Below the pieces are notes generated by a model. That model saw only the letters and a list, made by a program, of their open reading frames with translations, did not search any database and had not been told where the DNA came from. From Wolbachia endosymbiont of Onchocerca ochengi (GTDB lineage Bacteria > Pseudomonadota > Alphaproteobacteria > Rickettsiales > Anaplasmataceae), in NCBI RefSeq assembly GCF_000306885.1, contig NC_018267.1, positions 390,001 through 422,000 on the forward strand: a stretch of DNA of 32,000 nucleotides, written 5' to 3'. Position numbers and translations under genes: made by a program. Numbering within the stretch: the first letter of the stretch is position 1; each line of letters opens with the position of its first letter. Shown piece by piece: positions 8,654-18,215 of the stretch.

Positions 8654-9526
8654 ATGACAAGGAATATTTTAATTGTTGATAAGAATTTGATTAGTGTTGA
8701 ACTAGTTAATAAACAAGATTTAGAAAATTTCATTAAGATTTTCACAGTGCTTAATAAACACGTAGCAGCAAAAACTCTTTTTACAGAAGAAGTGAGAATA
8801 GAGTATGAACAACATGACAACATAGAGGTTGTTAATTTGCTAAAGAGTTCAGGTTTTATATATCATGACGTTGAAAATATATTACTTCACTTGAATAGAC
8901 ATGGGATGGAGATACCAAGCGACGTTGTAGCATGCACTCTCTTTTCTGCATATAATAGTAAACTTGAAGCTAAGGATGTGGTATTTTCCCTTTTTGATGG
9001 TTCTCCACAATTTAATATTAGAGTAAATAAAAACGTTTTCATAATAACTCCTATGAATGAAGAGAATTTAGAGTTAGATTCGCAAAATAGTAGAATGTTT
9101 ATAGAGTTATTAAAGCGTGGGGAAAGTATGTATGATTGTGTAGTGAAGGAGAATACTATTAATATAGTAGTATATTTTGGAGTATATCAGGTTATAAATT
9201 CAATTGTAAAATTACTAATAAAATCTTGTTTTTTAGCACAAGAGGAAGAAGTGAAATTCAAAAAGAGATTAGAACAACTTGCTTTTAAAGATCAAGTGTT
9301 TGGTGAGTACTCCAGCATTAAGACTATAAATAGATATCCACACAACCATCCTTTGAAAAAGTATGAAAATATTACTAAAGGTATAGAAAAGATTTTATCT
9401 AGTTTTGTAATAAATGAGAACAGTGAATTTACTATAGAGCAACTAAATAAGCTAAGCTTAGAGGTTTCTCCTGATACTCCAAGAATTATTACTAAAACTA
9501 TAGATAAGCTTGTTAAATTTCACTAG
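8654..9526 (+). CDS. hypothetical protein (orphan, soluble)
   Basis: 290-aa uninterrupted ORF in a window where non-functional DNA rapidly accumulates stops. No TM segment, signal peptide or recognisable motif. Confidence 0.6.
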   Translation: MTRNILIVDKNLISVELVNKQDLENFIKIFTVLNKHVAAKTLFTEEVRIEYEQHDNIEVVNLLKSSGFIYHDVENILLHLNRHGMEIPSDVVACTLFSAYNSKLEAKDVVFSLFDGSPQFNIRVNKNVFIITPMNEENLELDSQNSRMFIELLKRGESMYDCVVKENTINIVVYFGVYQVINSIVKLLIKSCFLAQEEEVKFKKRLEQLAFKDQVFGEYSSIKTINRYPHNHPLKKYENITKGIEKILSSFVINENSEFTIEQLNKLSLEVSPDTPRIITKTIDKLVKFH

Positions 9527-9576
9527 GGTATTTTACATGTTATTTCCGTGGCTAAACTATAGAAATAATGCTAAAG

Positions 9577-10086
9577 TTAAAAAACCTTGAATCGCCAAAA
9601 TTTCTCTTTGCCTTTACTAATTCCAATTCTTGGAGTGCAGACGTAATCTGGCTTGAGATGGGATTCGTAAACACAAAATTCATGGCTTATAGTAAGATCT
9701 CGTTTATTATATTCTTTTGTAATATTCAGTCTTTTGCATAGTATTCCTGGCCCATTTAGATTTACTTCGAGCGGTTTAATAAGCTTCAACCCTCGTATTA
9801 ATACTGCAGCTGGAAATCCTTCTGTTTCTGTTACGATATTTAAACAGTGATACATTCCATATATAAAATACACGTATGAAAATCCAGGCATGCCAAACAT
9901 TACTGAAGTTCGGTTAGTATAGCCTTGTGCTGCGTGACAAGCTGGATCGTCTGTTCCTATATAGGCTTCAACCTCAGTTATTATCCCACTAAAGCTGGAA
10001 AACTTTAATGTTTTTCCTAACAACTTTCCGGCTACAATCAAAGTTGGCTGTTTATAGAAATTTCTTGGTAGTATTATATTATTCAT
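9577..10086 (-). CDS. mpg: DNA-3-methyladenine glycosylase (Mpg/AAG family)
   Basis: 169 aa. Has [58 protein letters not shown], and AAVLIRGL. Confidence 0.85.
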   Translation of the reverse strand: MNNIILPRNFYKQPTLIVAGKLLGKTLKFSSFSGIITEVEAYIGTDDPACHAAQGYTNRTSVMFGMPGFSYVYFIYGMYHCLNIVTETEGFPAAVLIRGLKLIKPLEVNLNGPGILCKRLNITKEYNKRDLTISHEFCVYESHLKPDYVCTPRIGISKGKEKFWRFKVF

Positions 10087-10089
10087 TAT

Positions 10090-10131
10090 AACATTATAAG
10101 TTACTTGTATTTACAAGTAACTTATAATGTT
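10090..10131. repeat. perfect inverted repeat (20-bp arms, 2-nt spacer)
   Basis: 10090-10109 aacattataagttacttgta pairs base for base with 10112-10131 tacaagtaacttataatgtt. Flanked by a T-run on the + strand (10131-10140). It ends 4 nt from the mpg start codon. Confidence 0.9.
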
Positions 10132-10146
10132 TTTGTTTTTCCCTAT

Positions 10147-11169
10147 TTAATTAAGAGGATATATACATCTCTGAGAAACAGGAGCTTGATGTTCTTGTGG
10201 TTTATCTATACCTGTTACATTTGTTGAAGGATGTTGCAAAACTTTGATTAATTCAGAGCTCTTTTGTTGTAATTGTGATGCTAATGCTTCATGTAAAAAT
10301 TTTGCTTCACATTTCTTGCCTACTTTTACTTCTTTATTTGCACGTAATTGTTCTTCAGTAATGCCATTATCTTTGATAAGCTTTATGGAGCCATCGTCGT
10401 TAATGTTAATTTTAATATTACATTCTTTTTCTCCGGCATACCATTTTATAGTCATTTGATATGATCCATTAATTACTTCATAAACTCTTTTTCCATTATC
10501 ATTAATATAGCAACATGCTCCTCTTGTCTTTTTTTGATTAGGGTAGCAAAATGTGATTGTTTTTACATTGTATTTTCTACATATGTTGCCACTTAGAAGT
10601 TTGGTTACATTTACTTCTTTTTCACTATCATTTAACACAACTCTTATAGAAGGGTAAACGATATCATTTTCCCTTTTGGCTTCTTTGAGTCTTATAGATT
10701 CTATAGTGTTATTTACTATGTTTTTAGATATCTCATTTTTGATTTGTTCAGATATTTTGCCTGTAATATCTTTGCCATTATACTTATTTTTACCACGAGC
10801 AAAGGGCTTTGGGTTTGTGATATTGGTGGAAAGGTTATTTTGCAATGAAAAAAACTTATTCCATGCTTCGTCATCATCAAGAGTGATGCTATGCTCGCCT
10901 TTGTCTAATATTGATTTAGATATATTTTGATTGCTCAAATCACCAGAAAGTTCTTCTTTCACAATTATATCAGGATTATCATCTCCCCTTACTTTCTTAT
11001 TCAGAGAAATAAGATGCTCCTCTTGTTTTTTTTTGTTTGGTTTTAAATCTGTCTCATTAAAAGAAGGTTCTTCTGCCATAAGTGCATAAGGACTTTCGAC
11101 TTTGCCCTTAATTGTAGAACAGATAGCTTTCCAAAGTTTTCTAATCTTGTCTAACATATACTTCTCCAT
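10147..11169 (-). CDS. hypothetical protein (orphan; Lys/Asn/Glu-rich N-half, Cys-containing beta-rich C-half)
   Basis: 340-aa uninterrupted ORF. No TM segment, signal peptide or known motif. Lies downstream of the decayed ruvAB, with its own promoter-like element. Confidence 0.6.
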   Translation of the reverse strand: MEKYMLDKIRKLWKAICSTIKGKVESPYALMAEEPSFNETDLKPNKKKQEEHLISLNKKVRGDDNPDIIVKEELSGDLSNQNISKSILDKGEHSITLDDDEAWNKFFSLQNNLSTNITNPKPFARGKNKYNGKDITGKISEQIKNEISKNIVNNTIESIRLKEAKRENDIVYPSIRVVLNDSEKEVNVTKLLSGNICRKYNVKTITFCYPNQKKTRGACCYINDNGKRVYEVINGSYQMTIKWYAGEKECNIKININDDGSIKLIKDNGITEEQLRANKEVKVGKKCEAKFLHEALASQLQQKSSELIKVLQHPSTNVTGIDKPQEHQAPVSQRCIYPLN

Positions 11170-11188
11170 TAATATTGACGTATAACTA

Positions 11189-11217
11189 GTATAAAAATAT
11201 TATATCAGTTAGTCAAT
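11189..11217 (-). promoter_or_regulatory. sigma70-like promoter candidate for the 340-aa orphan
   Basis: Minus strand reads TTGACT (11217-11212), N17, TATACT (11194-11189). The -10 element ends 18 nt upstream of ATG 11169. AT-rich background makes chance matches common. Confidence 0.3.
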
Positions 11218-11228
11218 ATTTCAGCTGT

Positions 11229-12230
11229 TTAATATTGAAGGCTAAAATACTTTTCCGCTTAGTTAGTTAGAACGTGTTCCCATGGTATGCACTTTATAAA
11301 AGTGATTTTTATCAAATAAAGCTCTACCATTTCTTCAATACACCGCTATTTTCAGATAGCGCAGTGGATATGGTGTTAATTTGAATGCTCCTGGGATATT
11401 ACCTTAAATAATTCATATCTAATTTATTTAGTCTCATTTTATCTATGCTCAATTTTTGATAGCGCGGAGTCAGAAATTTCGTGAGTATTTTTTTATCATC
11501 TTTCATTTCGACAAAATTCTTTGTTCTTCTGAGTAATCTCAAAGCAATTCTGGAGTGCCACGTACACGATAAGCAATTTTCCTGTATTGCACCCTTCTGA
11601 TTTGATCAGAAAGAACTCTTGCGCCTCCTTTATTATAATGTTAACCAGCTCTTCAAAAGGATGAATTCGAGATGCAAAAGGATACCAAAACGTTCTCTCA
11701 ACGATGCGGAAAGTAGTCTAAGGCGTGTTATTGCTCCAATCAACGTAAAATGGTGGTAGGTCTATTTTTAGAGTGCGAGTAGATGGGCCTTCACCTACTA
11801 ATATGTTTAGGCGGAAATATTCTATAACAGTATATAAAACTTCTTTAATGTTGTGGTTTGATTTGTGATTTTGTTGTAAATAAAACGTCTTTTGTATTTA
11901 AAGTAGTAAGTACTGCAGCTAAATTTCCCAGCTTTGTTAAGTAAAGAATCAGAAAAGTTACACGAAAGCTGACTCTTAATTTTTTAGAAACAGTTTATGC
12001 TAAAGTTGTTTTTCCAATTCCTGGGGAGACCATACAATAGAATGTGATCCAAAGCTTTAGTTCTTGTCTGTGTGCAGCATTTATAAACACTCTTAAATTT
12101 TGTATTAATTCTTTTTGCTAGACAAAATCATTAAGCCGCTTGGCTCTAATATTTAAATTCCATATACCTTCAGTATATTCTTTATCAAATAGTATTATTT
12201 TTATAATGTTGAAAGTTCCTTAAGCGCCAT
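11229..12230 (-). pseudogene. ruvB: Holliday junction helicase RuvB, multiple frameshifts and stops
   Basis: Manual translation gives NIRAKRLNDFV*QKELIQNLRVFINAA. ALDHILLYG and (V)SPGIGKTTL are in shifted frames (P-loop relic near 12001-12031). The C-terminus reads IEEMVELYLIKITFIKCIPWEHVLTN*AEKYF (compare EPYLIq.GFi.RTPRGR). Confidence 0.8.
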
Positions 12231-12243
12231 ACAAATAATGTTC

Positions 12244-12773
12244 TTAATATTCAGGTTTAGCGATTTGTCTTGTGTTTTTTATTATATCGTAGGCTTTCAT
12301 TTTTTTATATCCAAGATCTATCAAAGCTGAAACAGAATCTTCTTTAATCGGATGAAAGTTATTATTATTTATTTTCGATTTATTCACTTTGCTACTCAGT
12401 TTAGTAATAATTTGATTTATGAGCTTCAAACCGAGTTCACTTATTTTGAGTGCAACTTTCTTCTCGCTTGTGATTGCTAAAAACATCTGTTTTGGAGTTA
12501 ATTTACTCAAAATTATATTGCAGTTCTATAGATAACACAGCTTATCTTACAATTAGCAAACTTGCTGCTCCTCTTTGTTTATAAAAGCATATAGCTGAAT
12601 AATGTTCTCTCTATTATTCACATAGTTTCAATAAACAATTTGATTTTACCTTCAATGGAAGCCTTTATTTAAGGCTTTAGATGAAAGCTATACTATATAG
12701 CAACATCCTTTGCATTCAATATTATATGGTTGCTCTGAATTTTATCGACTGTTCCACTTAAATTTCCTATCAT
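12244..12773 (-). pseudogene. ruvA: Holliday junction DNA-binding protein RuvA, nonsense codons plus frameshift
   Basis: From ATG 12773 the frame reads MIGNLSGTVDKIQSNHIILNAKDVAI*YSFHLKP*IKASIEGKIKLFIETM*IIERTLFSYMLL*. The listed 88-aa ORF (12244-12510) is only the C-terminal half (helix-hairpin-helix region plus domain [19 protein letters not shown]). Confidence 0.8.
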
Positions 12774-13259
12774 TGCTTGCTAGTTTAGTGATTGCTTTAA
12801 TTTTTAAGAAATCTACTAAACAGAAAAAAGGCAAGGGACCATGATAAATAATTGTTTACTTTCTCAAATTGATGTTCTACGCTATGCTGTGCTTAAAAAA
12901 CTTTATGAGCACTCTCAACTTAAGAAGTTAAGAATTTAGATAAAATTAATAAAGATATAGGTACACATAGTGCGAGAAATTAAACATAAGACATCAACTA
13001 TATAGCATCACCAATCGTTTCAACCTTGCATGGGTTAAAGACAATTAAACATCCTCAGTATTGTAAGAAGAGAGCTAAAAAGTTTGTTAAATGTTTTTTT
13101 ATTTCTGTGGCTGAAAAAGTCTGAATGCGTTAGCTATTTGCGTGATATCTTTCTTGTAAGCCTATATTCATATTATTTTCCATAATAATTAAAAGTTTGT
13201 AGAAAGTTAGTATAAATTCATGTATTTATAAGACTATAATACTCAAAAATACTTGGTTT

Positions 13260-16085
13260 ATGGAAAGTTTCATCAGAGTTAAGGGTGCGAGAGAACATAA
13301 TCTACAAAGTATAGATGTTGATATACCAAAAAATAATCTAGTTGTTATAACTGGGCTAAGTGGTTCTGGTAAATCCAGCCTTGCATTTGACACAATTTAT
13401 GCAGAGGGTCAACGTCGCTACATTGAAAGCCTATCAACCTACGCACGTCAATTTCTTAACGTAAAAGATAAACCAGATGTTGAGTCGATTACAGGCCTCT
13501 CTCCAACAATATCCATTGATCAGAAATCGATCTCAAAGAATCCAAGATCGACAGTTGGGACCGTTACTGAAATTTATGACTATCTGCGCTTAATATATTC
13601 CAGAATAGGAGTTCCTTACTCACCTGTAACTGGATTACCGATAAGAAAACAGACTATGTCTCAAATTGTAGATACTATAGTGGCGCTACCTTTGGAAACT
13701 GAAGTATATATACTTGCTCCCATTGTACGTGGTAGAAAGGGGGAACATCTTAAAGAGATATTGGAAATTAAAAGGCAAGGTTATGTAAGACTAAAAATAG
13801 ATGGCAAAATATATGATATAAATAACTTACCAAAGCTTGACAAGGGCAGAAGACATGATATCTTTGTGGTTACAGATAAGATATTAATATCAGATGATAT
13901 AGGAAATCGATTGCCAAGCAGTATAGAGTCAGCATTGAGGCTTGGTCACGGGTTAATGTATGCAGAAATAATAGGCTTGCCTAACAATCATAATTCCAAT
14001 TATAAAAGTGGTCATATCCTAACCTTTTCTGAGAGTTTTGCATGTCCGGAATCCGGCTTTACTCTTGAAGAAATAGAACCAAGATTCTTTTCTTTTAACA
14101 GTCCTTATGGTGCATGTGGATCATGTAATGGGCTTGGTAAAAAACTAAGTATTGATGTAAAGCTAATAGTGCCGGATGAAACACTTTCAATATCTGAAGG
14201 CGCTTTAAAACCAGTAGGGTCAGTATTCAATCAAATGCACATAAATTATGGGTTTATAAAAAATGCAATACTATCATTGGCTGAAAATTTTAAATTTAGT
14301 CTTGATCTTCCATGGAAGGATATAGATCAAAAAGTAAAAGATATGGTACTTTTTGGTTCTAGAGAAATGAAATTTCAAGGTTTGGTCAATATCTTGGAAA
14401 ATCAAATAGATTATGATAAAACACTTATTGAGCGATATTGTTCTGTTACTTACTGTAAAGAATGTAATGGCTACAGATTAAGAGAAGAAGCACTTACAGT
14501 AAAAATTGATGAAAAACACATAGGTGAAATATCTAAACTCGATATTGATGAATCTCTTAAATGGTTTGGAGATTTGCCAAATAAACTTACGGAACAACAG
14601 AAGCAAATCTCAATTAGAATACTAAATGAAATAGTTAAGAGATTGACATTTTTAAAGAATGTAGGATTGAGTTATCTTACACTTGATCGTGAGTCCAGCA
14701 CTCTCTCTGGTGGTGAGAGCCAAAGAATTAGGCTTGCTTCACAAATAGGTTCTGGTTTAACAGGTGTGCTGTATGTGCTTGATGAACCTTCGATAGGTCT
14801 TCATCAGTGTGATAATTATCGATTAATTGCCACACTCAAAAGCTTGAGAGATATAGGCAATACTGTGATTGTTGTTGAGCATGATGAAGATACAATAATG
14901 GCTGCTGATTATGTAATCGATCTTGGTTCTGGAGCTGGTGTAAATGGAGGAAGAATTGTTGCAGAGGGAACACCAGGTCAGGTGCGAAAAAGCTTAGAAA
15001 GCGTAACAGGACAATATTTAAGCAGAAAGAAACGGATTTTGATTCCGAAGAAGAGGAGAAAACAAACAACTCAGTTCATAAAGGTAATTAATGCGTGTGA
15101 GAATAATTTAAAGAATGTAAGCGTTAAGTTTCCTATAGGGAATTTTATTTGTGTTACTGGGATATCAGGGGGAGGAAAATCAAGTTTAGTTGTAGAAATA
15201 CTATATAAATACTCAGCATATAAAATATATCGTTCATCTGTAAAGTATGGTAAGTGTGATAAAATAGAAGGCCTTGAGTATATAGATAAAGTTATAGAAG
15301 TCGATCAATCACCAATCGGTAAGATTCCTGCATCAAATCCAGCAACATATGTAGGTATTTTTACTCATATAAGGAATTGGTTTGCAGGTCTTCCAGAATC
15401 AAAAGCACGAGGTTACAGTATAGGCCGATTTTCATTTAATATTAAGGGAGGAAGGTGCGAAGCGTGTAAAGGTGATGGATATTTAAAGATAGAAATGCAT
15501 TTTCTACCGGATGTTTATGTAAAGTGTGAGCAATGTAAAGGTCAACGGTATAACCGGGAAACATTAGAGATTACCTATAAAGGTAAATCAATTTCTGATG
15601 TGCTTGATATGACGATAGATCAAGCTTGTGATTTTTTTGGAAATCTTCCAATGATAAAAGAAAAGTTAGTTTCTTTGCAGGAAATAGGGCTTGGCTATGT
15701 AAAACTCGGGCAACCATCAACAACGTTGTCTGGGGGAGAAGCACAGCGAATAAAACTATCTAAAGAGCTCTCAAAACGATTTACTGGTAAGACATTATAT
15801 ATTCTCGATGAGCCAACAACTGGATTGCACTTTGAAGATGTAAATAACTTATTAAAAGTGCTTCATAAATTAGTCGATTTAGAAAACACTGTTATAGTTA
15901 TAGAGCATAATTTGCACGTTATAAAAACTGCAGATTATATAGTAGATATCGGACCAGAAGGCGGAATAAAAGGTGGAAAAGTGGTTGCTACAGGCACTCC
16001 GGAAAGTATAATAGATATACCAGAGAGTATTACAGGTAGATATCTTAAGCCATACTTACTCAACGGTATAAAATCATCACAATAA
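13260..16085 (+). CDS. uvrA: excinuclease ABC subunit A
   Basis: 941 aa. Has RVKGAREHNLQ, Walker A GLSGSGKSSLAFDT and GISGGGKSSL, two LSGGE.QRI signatures, and zinc modules CPESG...CGSCNGLG and CEACKGDG...CEQCKG. Confidence 0.97.
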   Translation: MESFIRVKGAREHNLQSIDVDIPKNNLVVITGLSGSGKSSLAFDTIYAEGQRRYIESLSTYARQFLNVKDKPDVESITGLSPTISIDQKSISKNPRSTVGTVTEIYDYLRLIYSRIGVPYSPVTGLPIRKQTMSQIVDTIVALPLETEVYILAPIVRGRKGEHLKEILEIKRQGYVRLKIDGKIYDINNLPKLDKGRRHDIFVVTDKILISDDIGNRLPSSIESALRLGHGLMYAEIIGLPNNHNSNYKSGHILTFSESFACPESGFTLEEIEPRFFSFNSPYGACGSCNGLGKKLSIDVKLIVPDETLSISEGALKPVGSVFNQMHINYGFIKNAILSLAENFKFSLDLPWKDIDQKVKDMVLFGSREMKFQGLVNILENQIDYDKTLIERYCSVTYCKECNGYRLREEALTVKIDEKHIGEISKLDIDESLKWFGDLPNKLTEQQKQISIRILNEIVKRLTFLKNVGLSYLTLDRESSTLSGGESQRIRLASQIGSGLTGVLYVLDEPSIGLHQCDNYRLIATLKSLRDIGNTVIVVEHDEDTIMAADYVIDLGSGAGVNGGRIVAEGTPGQVRKSLESVTGQYLSRKKRILIPKKRRKQTTQFIKVINACENNLKNVSVKFPIGNFICVTGISGGGKSSLVVEILYKYSAYKIYRSSVKYGKCDKIEGLEYIDKVIEVDQSPIGKIPASNPATYVGIFTHIRNWFAGLPESKARGYSIGRFSFNIKGGRCEACKGDGYLKIEMHFLPDVYVKCEQCKGQRYNRETLEITYKGKSISDVLDMTIDQACDFFGNLPMIKEKLVSLQEIGLGYVKLGQPSTTLSGGEAQRIKLSKELSKRFTGKTLYILDEPTTGLHFEDVNNLLKVLHKLVDLENTVIVIEHNLHVIKTADYIVDIGPEGGIKGGKVVATGTPESIIDIPESITGRYLKPYLLNGIKSSQ

Positions 16086-17129
16086 CTGCAGTATGTGAGA
16101 CGGTGAGGTAGATGTTCATGATAAAGAAATATGAAAATTTTTTTTGTCGACTTACCTGCTATTTATGGTGAAGTACTAACGAAAAGTTAGGTGAAAGTGA
16201 TAATCAATACAGTTTAGATAAAAAATTGCTTGATGTTTTAAATGAGTTAGTGACCGATATGCATCATTAGGTAATTTCAATTATATTAAATATATAATTC
16301 CTTTTCTAAAGACAGGATCTGATTCAAATGTGCAAGATCGGAGTGAAGGTTTCAGTTGAAATATATTACTAAAAATAAGTGCTTTTAGTCTATTCGGCAC
16401 GCTTTTTTCACTAATCTAAAGTCAGAAAAGGGTTACATTACCTGTAGCAATTAGGCACTTTATGATGATCTAATGTATGGCTCTGATGGTAATGCAAGGT
16501 GGTTTTTGATAGATTAAGTAATTTTAGCTTAGAAGATGAGGATTTGAACTGTAGTTCAAGTGGATTATCTTTTTCTAAAAAACTTATTTTCGGTGAAGCT
16601 AAAAATAGCATTAATTGCGATAGATAAGAAGTCTGAAAAAAGTGTTTTAGGAAACATTGAGAAAAGGGTAAAGAGTTTCTTAAAGAAAAGAACAAGACTG
16701 AGTTTATGTTGTAGTTATTGTGGAAAAACTTTAATAAATTGATATTAAAAGAAATGGAAAAAGCTATTGTTCAGCTTTATGTAAATTTATTTTCTTCAAA
16801 CCGTAATACTTAATGTGTTCTATTATGTTGATAAAAGTGGTGGCGACGAATGTAAAGCTTTAGGCTAGATCATAAAGGGAGCATAAGTAATCTGTTGTTA
16901 AAAGTGGAATATGATAAGGATTTTTCTTCAGTGATATCAAGCTTACAAAATGAGTATTATAACTTTGATTGTTTAAATAACCTTAGTAAACAATGTTAGA
17001 GTAGAGAAGAAGAACTAAAATATAGTATATAAAGGTTATTGTAAATAGAGAATAAACTCAAGAAGGGAGCTAAAAAAAGTAGAAATAGATAATGGGTATT
17101 TTTATGTAAAATAACTATAAGATAGTACT

Positions 17130-17935
17130 ATTAAACCTGTGAAAATTTTGAACAATAAAGAAGCTTAAGATTTAAATATAAGAATTAGCCTACTTTAAAT
17201 AGAGAAAAGTGTAGTAAAAATTGAAAATGAGAAAGGGAAAAAGAAATTATATAGATGTCTTGCATAAGTTGGTATTGAGATGTCTTTTATTAAATTAGGA
17301 AAGATAATAAAAATATAAAGGCAGAAGTTAGTGATGAAAACAAAGCAAAGTTTAGTAAGTTAAGAAATAGATTAAGTTTAAGTAAAAGATGTTTCTTAGA
17401 AGAAGAAGGTGTTTTAGAGGTGCCTGTAGTTAAGAGTGTTAAGAAAAGTGGCTATATATTTATCTATAAAGTTTGCAAAAGTATAGGTGATTCTATTACT
17501 TCTATAAGTAAAGTTTTCTTAAGGTTATTCCAAGAGACAAGTGGAATGTTATCAAGGATATAAAATTACATCTATGGCTAAACTAGTAATAAGAATTCAC
17601 TTAAATTTACTTTTACTCCTGATTAAGGAAATGCAGTTACCTGATTAACTGAGGTATTTGTAATTCTAGTATCTAGCAGCTGACAAGAACTACGGTATAA
17701 TGTTTTTATTACAAGTATTAAAAGGTAAGGGATATACAGTAGTTATTCTATTAAAATTTATCAGAAAAGGGTAGAGGTATATAGTGAGCATATCTGTAAA
17801 AAGAGTCATTTAGTTAAGTGTTTTTTCGGTAAAATCGAATATATTTTTTCCAGGTTTAATAAAACTGTTGAGGTTTTTATGGATTTTCTTGTTGTTATGC
17901 TTTTGTTTGGCTTCTCTAAAATTTTGTCCATATGT
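17130..17935 (+). mobile_element. decayed IS5-family (DDE) transposase relic
   Basis: The C-terminal 60 codons are still open: YSEHICKKSHLVKCFFGKIEYIFSRFNKTVEVFMDFLVVMLLFG (compare Y..H.YK.RH.VE.FF.K.K.FR....R(Y/F)DK). Upstream, ADKNYGIMF...GYTVVILLKFIRKG* matches aDkaYd...IPpksNrK. An N-terminal relic reads YIDVLHKLVLRCLLLN*ER***KYKG. Many stops, and no terminal repeats identified. Confidence 0.55.
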
Positions 17936-18215
17936 CCTATAGGCTTTCTACCATTTGATAGATAGTAGTTCATTTACAAATTTTTCTTCTATAAATTTAT
18001 AGAAATCATCAACTAAGCAAAAGTAGCTTCATTGTATCTTTAATTTATGGATAACTTATTTAAATTTTGTTTCTCAATATTAACTAGGTTTATCTTGTTT
18101 TCTATCTTTTCTATTCTTTTTTAATCTAGGGTTTAGGTCTCTAATACTTATTATGTCATTTTAACCTATTTTGCACCACATAAGCCTTTCTGCATTAGCT
18201 ATAGAATATAGATGT

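Noticed and set aside
8142-8823. Minus-strand ORFs 8142-8366 and 8641-8823
   Set aside because: They are antisense to the glutaredoxin gene and the 290-aa ORF respectively, with no supporting motif.
10244-10930. + strand ORFs 10244-10459 and 10676-10930
   Set aside because: They are antisense shadows of the 340-aa minus-strand ORF.
12244-12510. 88-aa ORF as a stand-alone gene
   Set aside because: It is the C-terminal half of ruvA. The N-terminal half (12511-12773) is present but full of stop codons.
14836-15069. 77-aa minus-strand ORF inside uvrA
   Set aside because: It is embedded antisense in an unambiguous uvrA.
16525-16575. tRNA-like T-arm string (gaggatttgaactgtag)
   Set aside because: The flanks do not form a T-stem, acceptor stem or anticodon arm. 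I found no tRNA or rRNA anywhere in the window.
16438-16742. Overlapping ORFs 16438-16695 (-) and 16560-16742 (+)
   Set aside because: They are mutually antisense and short, with no motifs apart from a possible zinc-ribbon fragment. I treat them as chance ORFs in decayed DNA.
17987-18004. 18-bp perfect AT-only palindrome ttctataaatttatagaa just after the IS5 relic
   Set aside because: Its short arms (9 bp) of nearly pure A/T are expected by chance a few times in 32 kb of this composition, and there is no matching partner at the other IS end.
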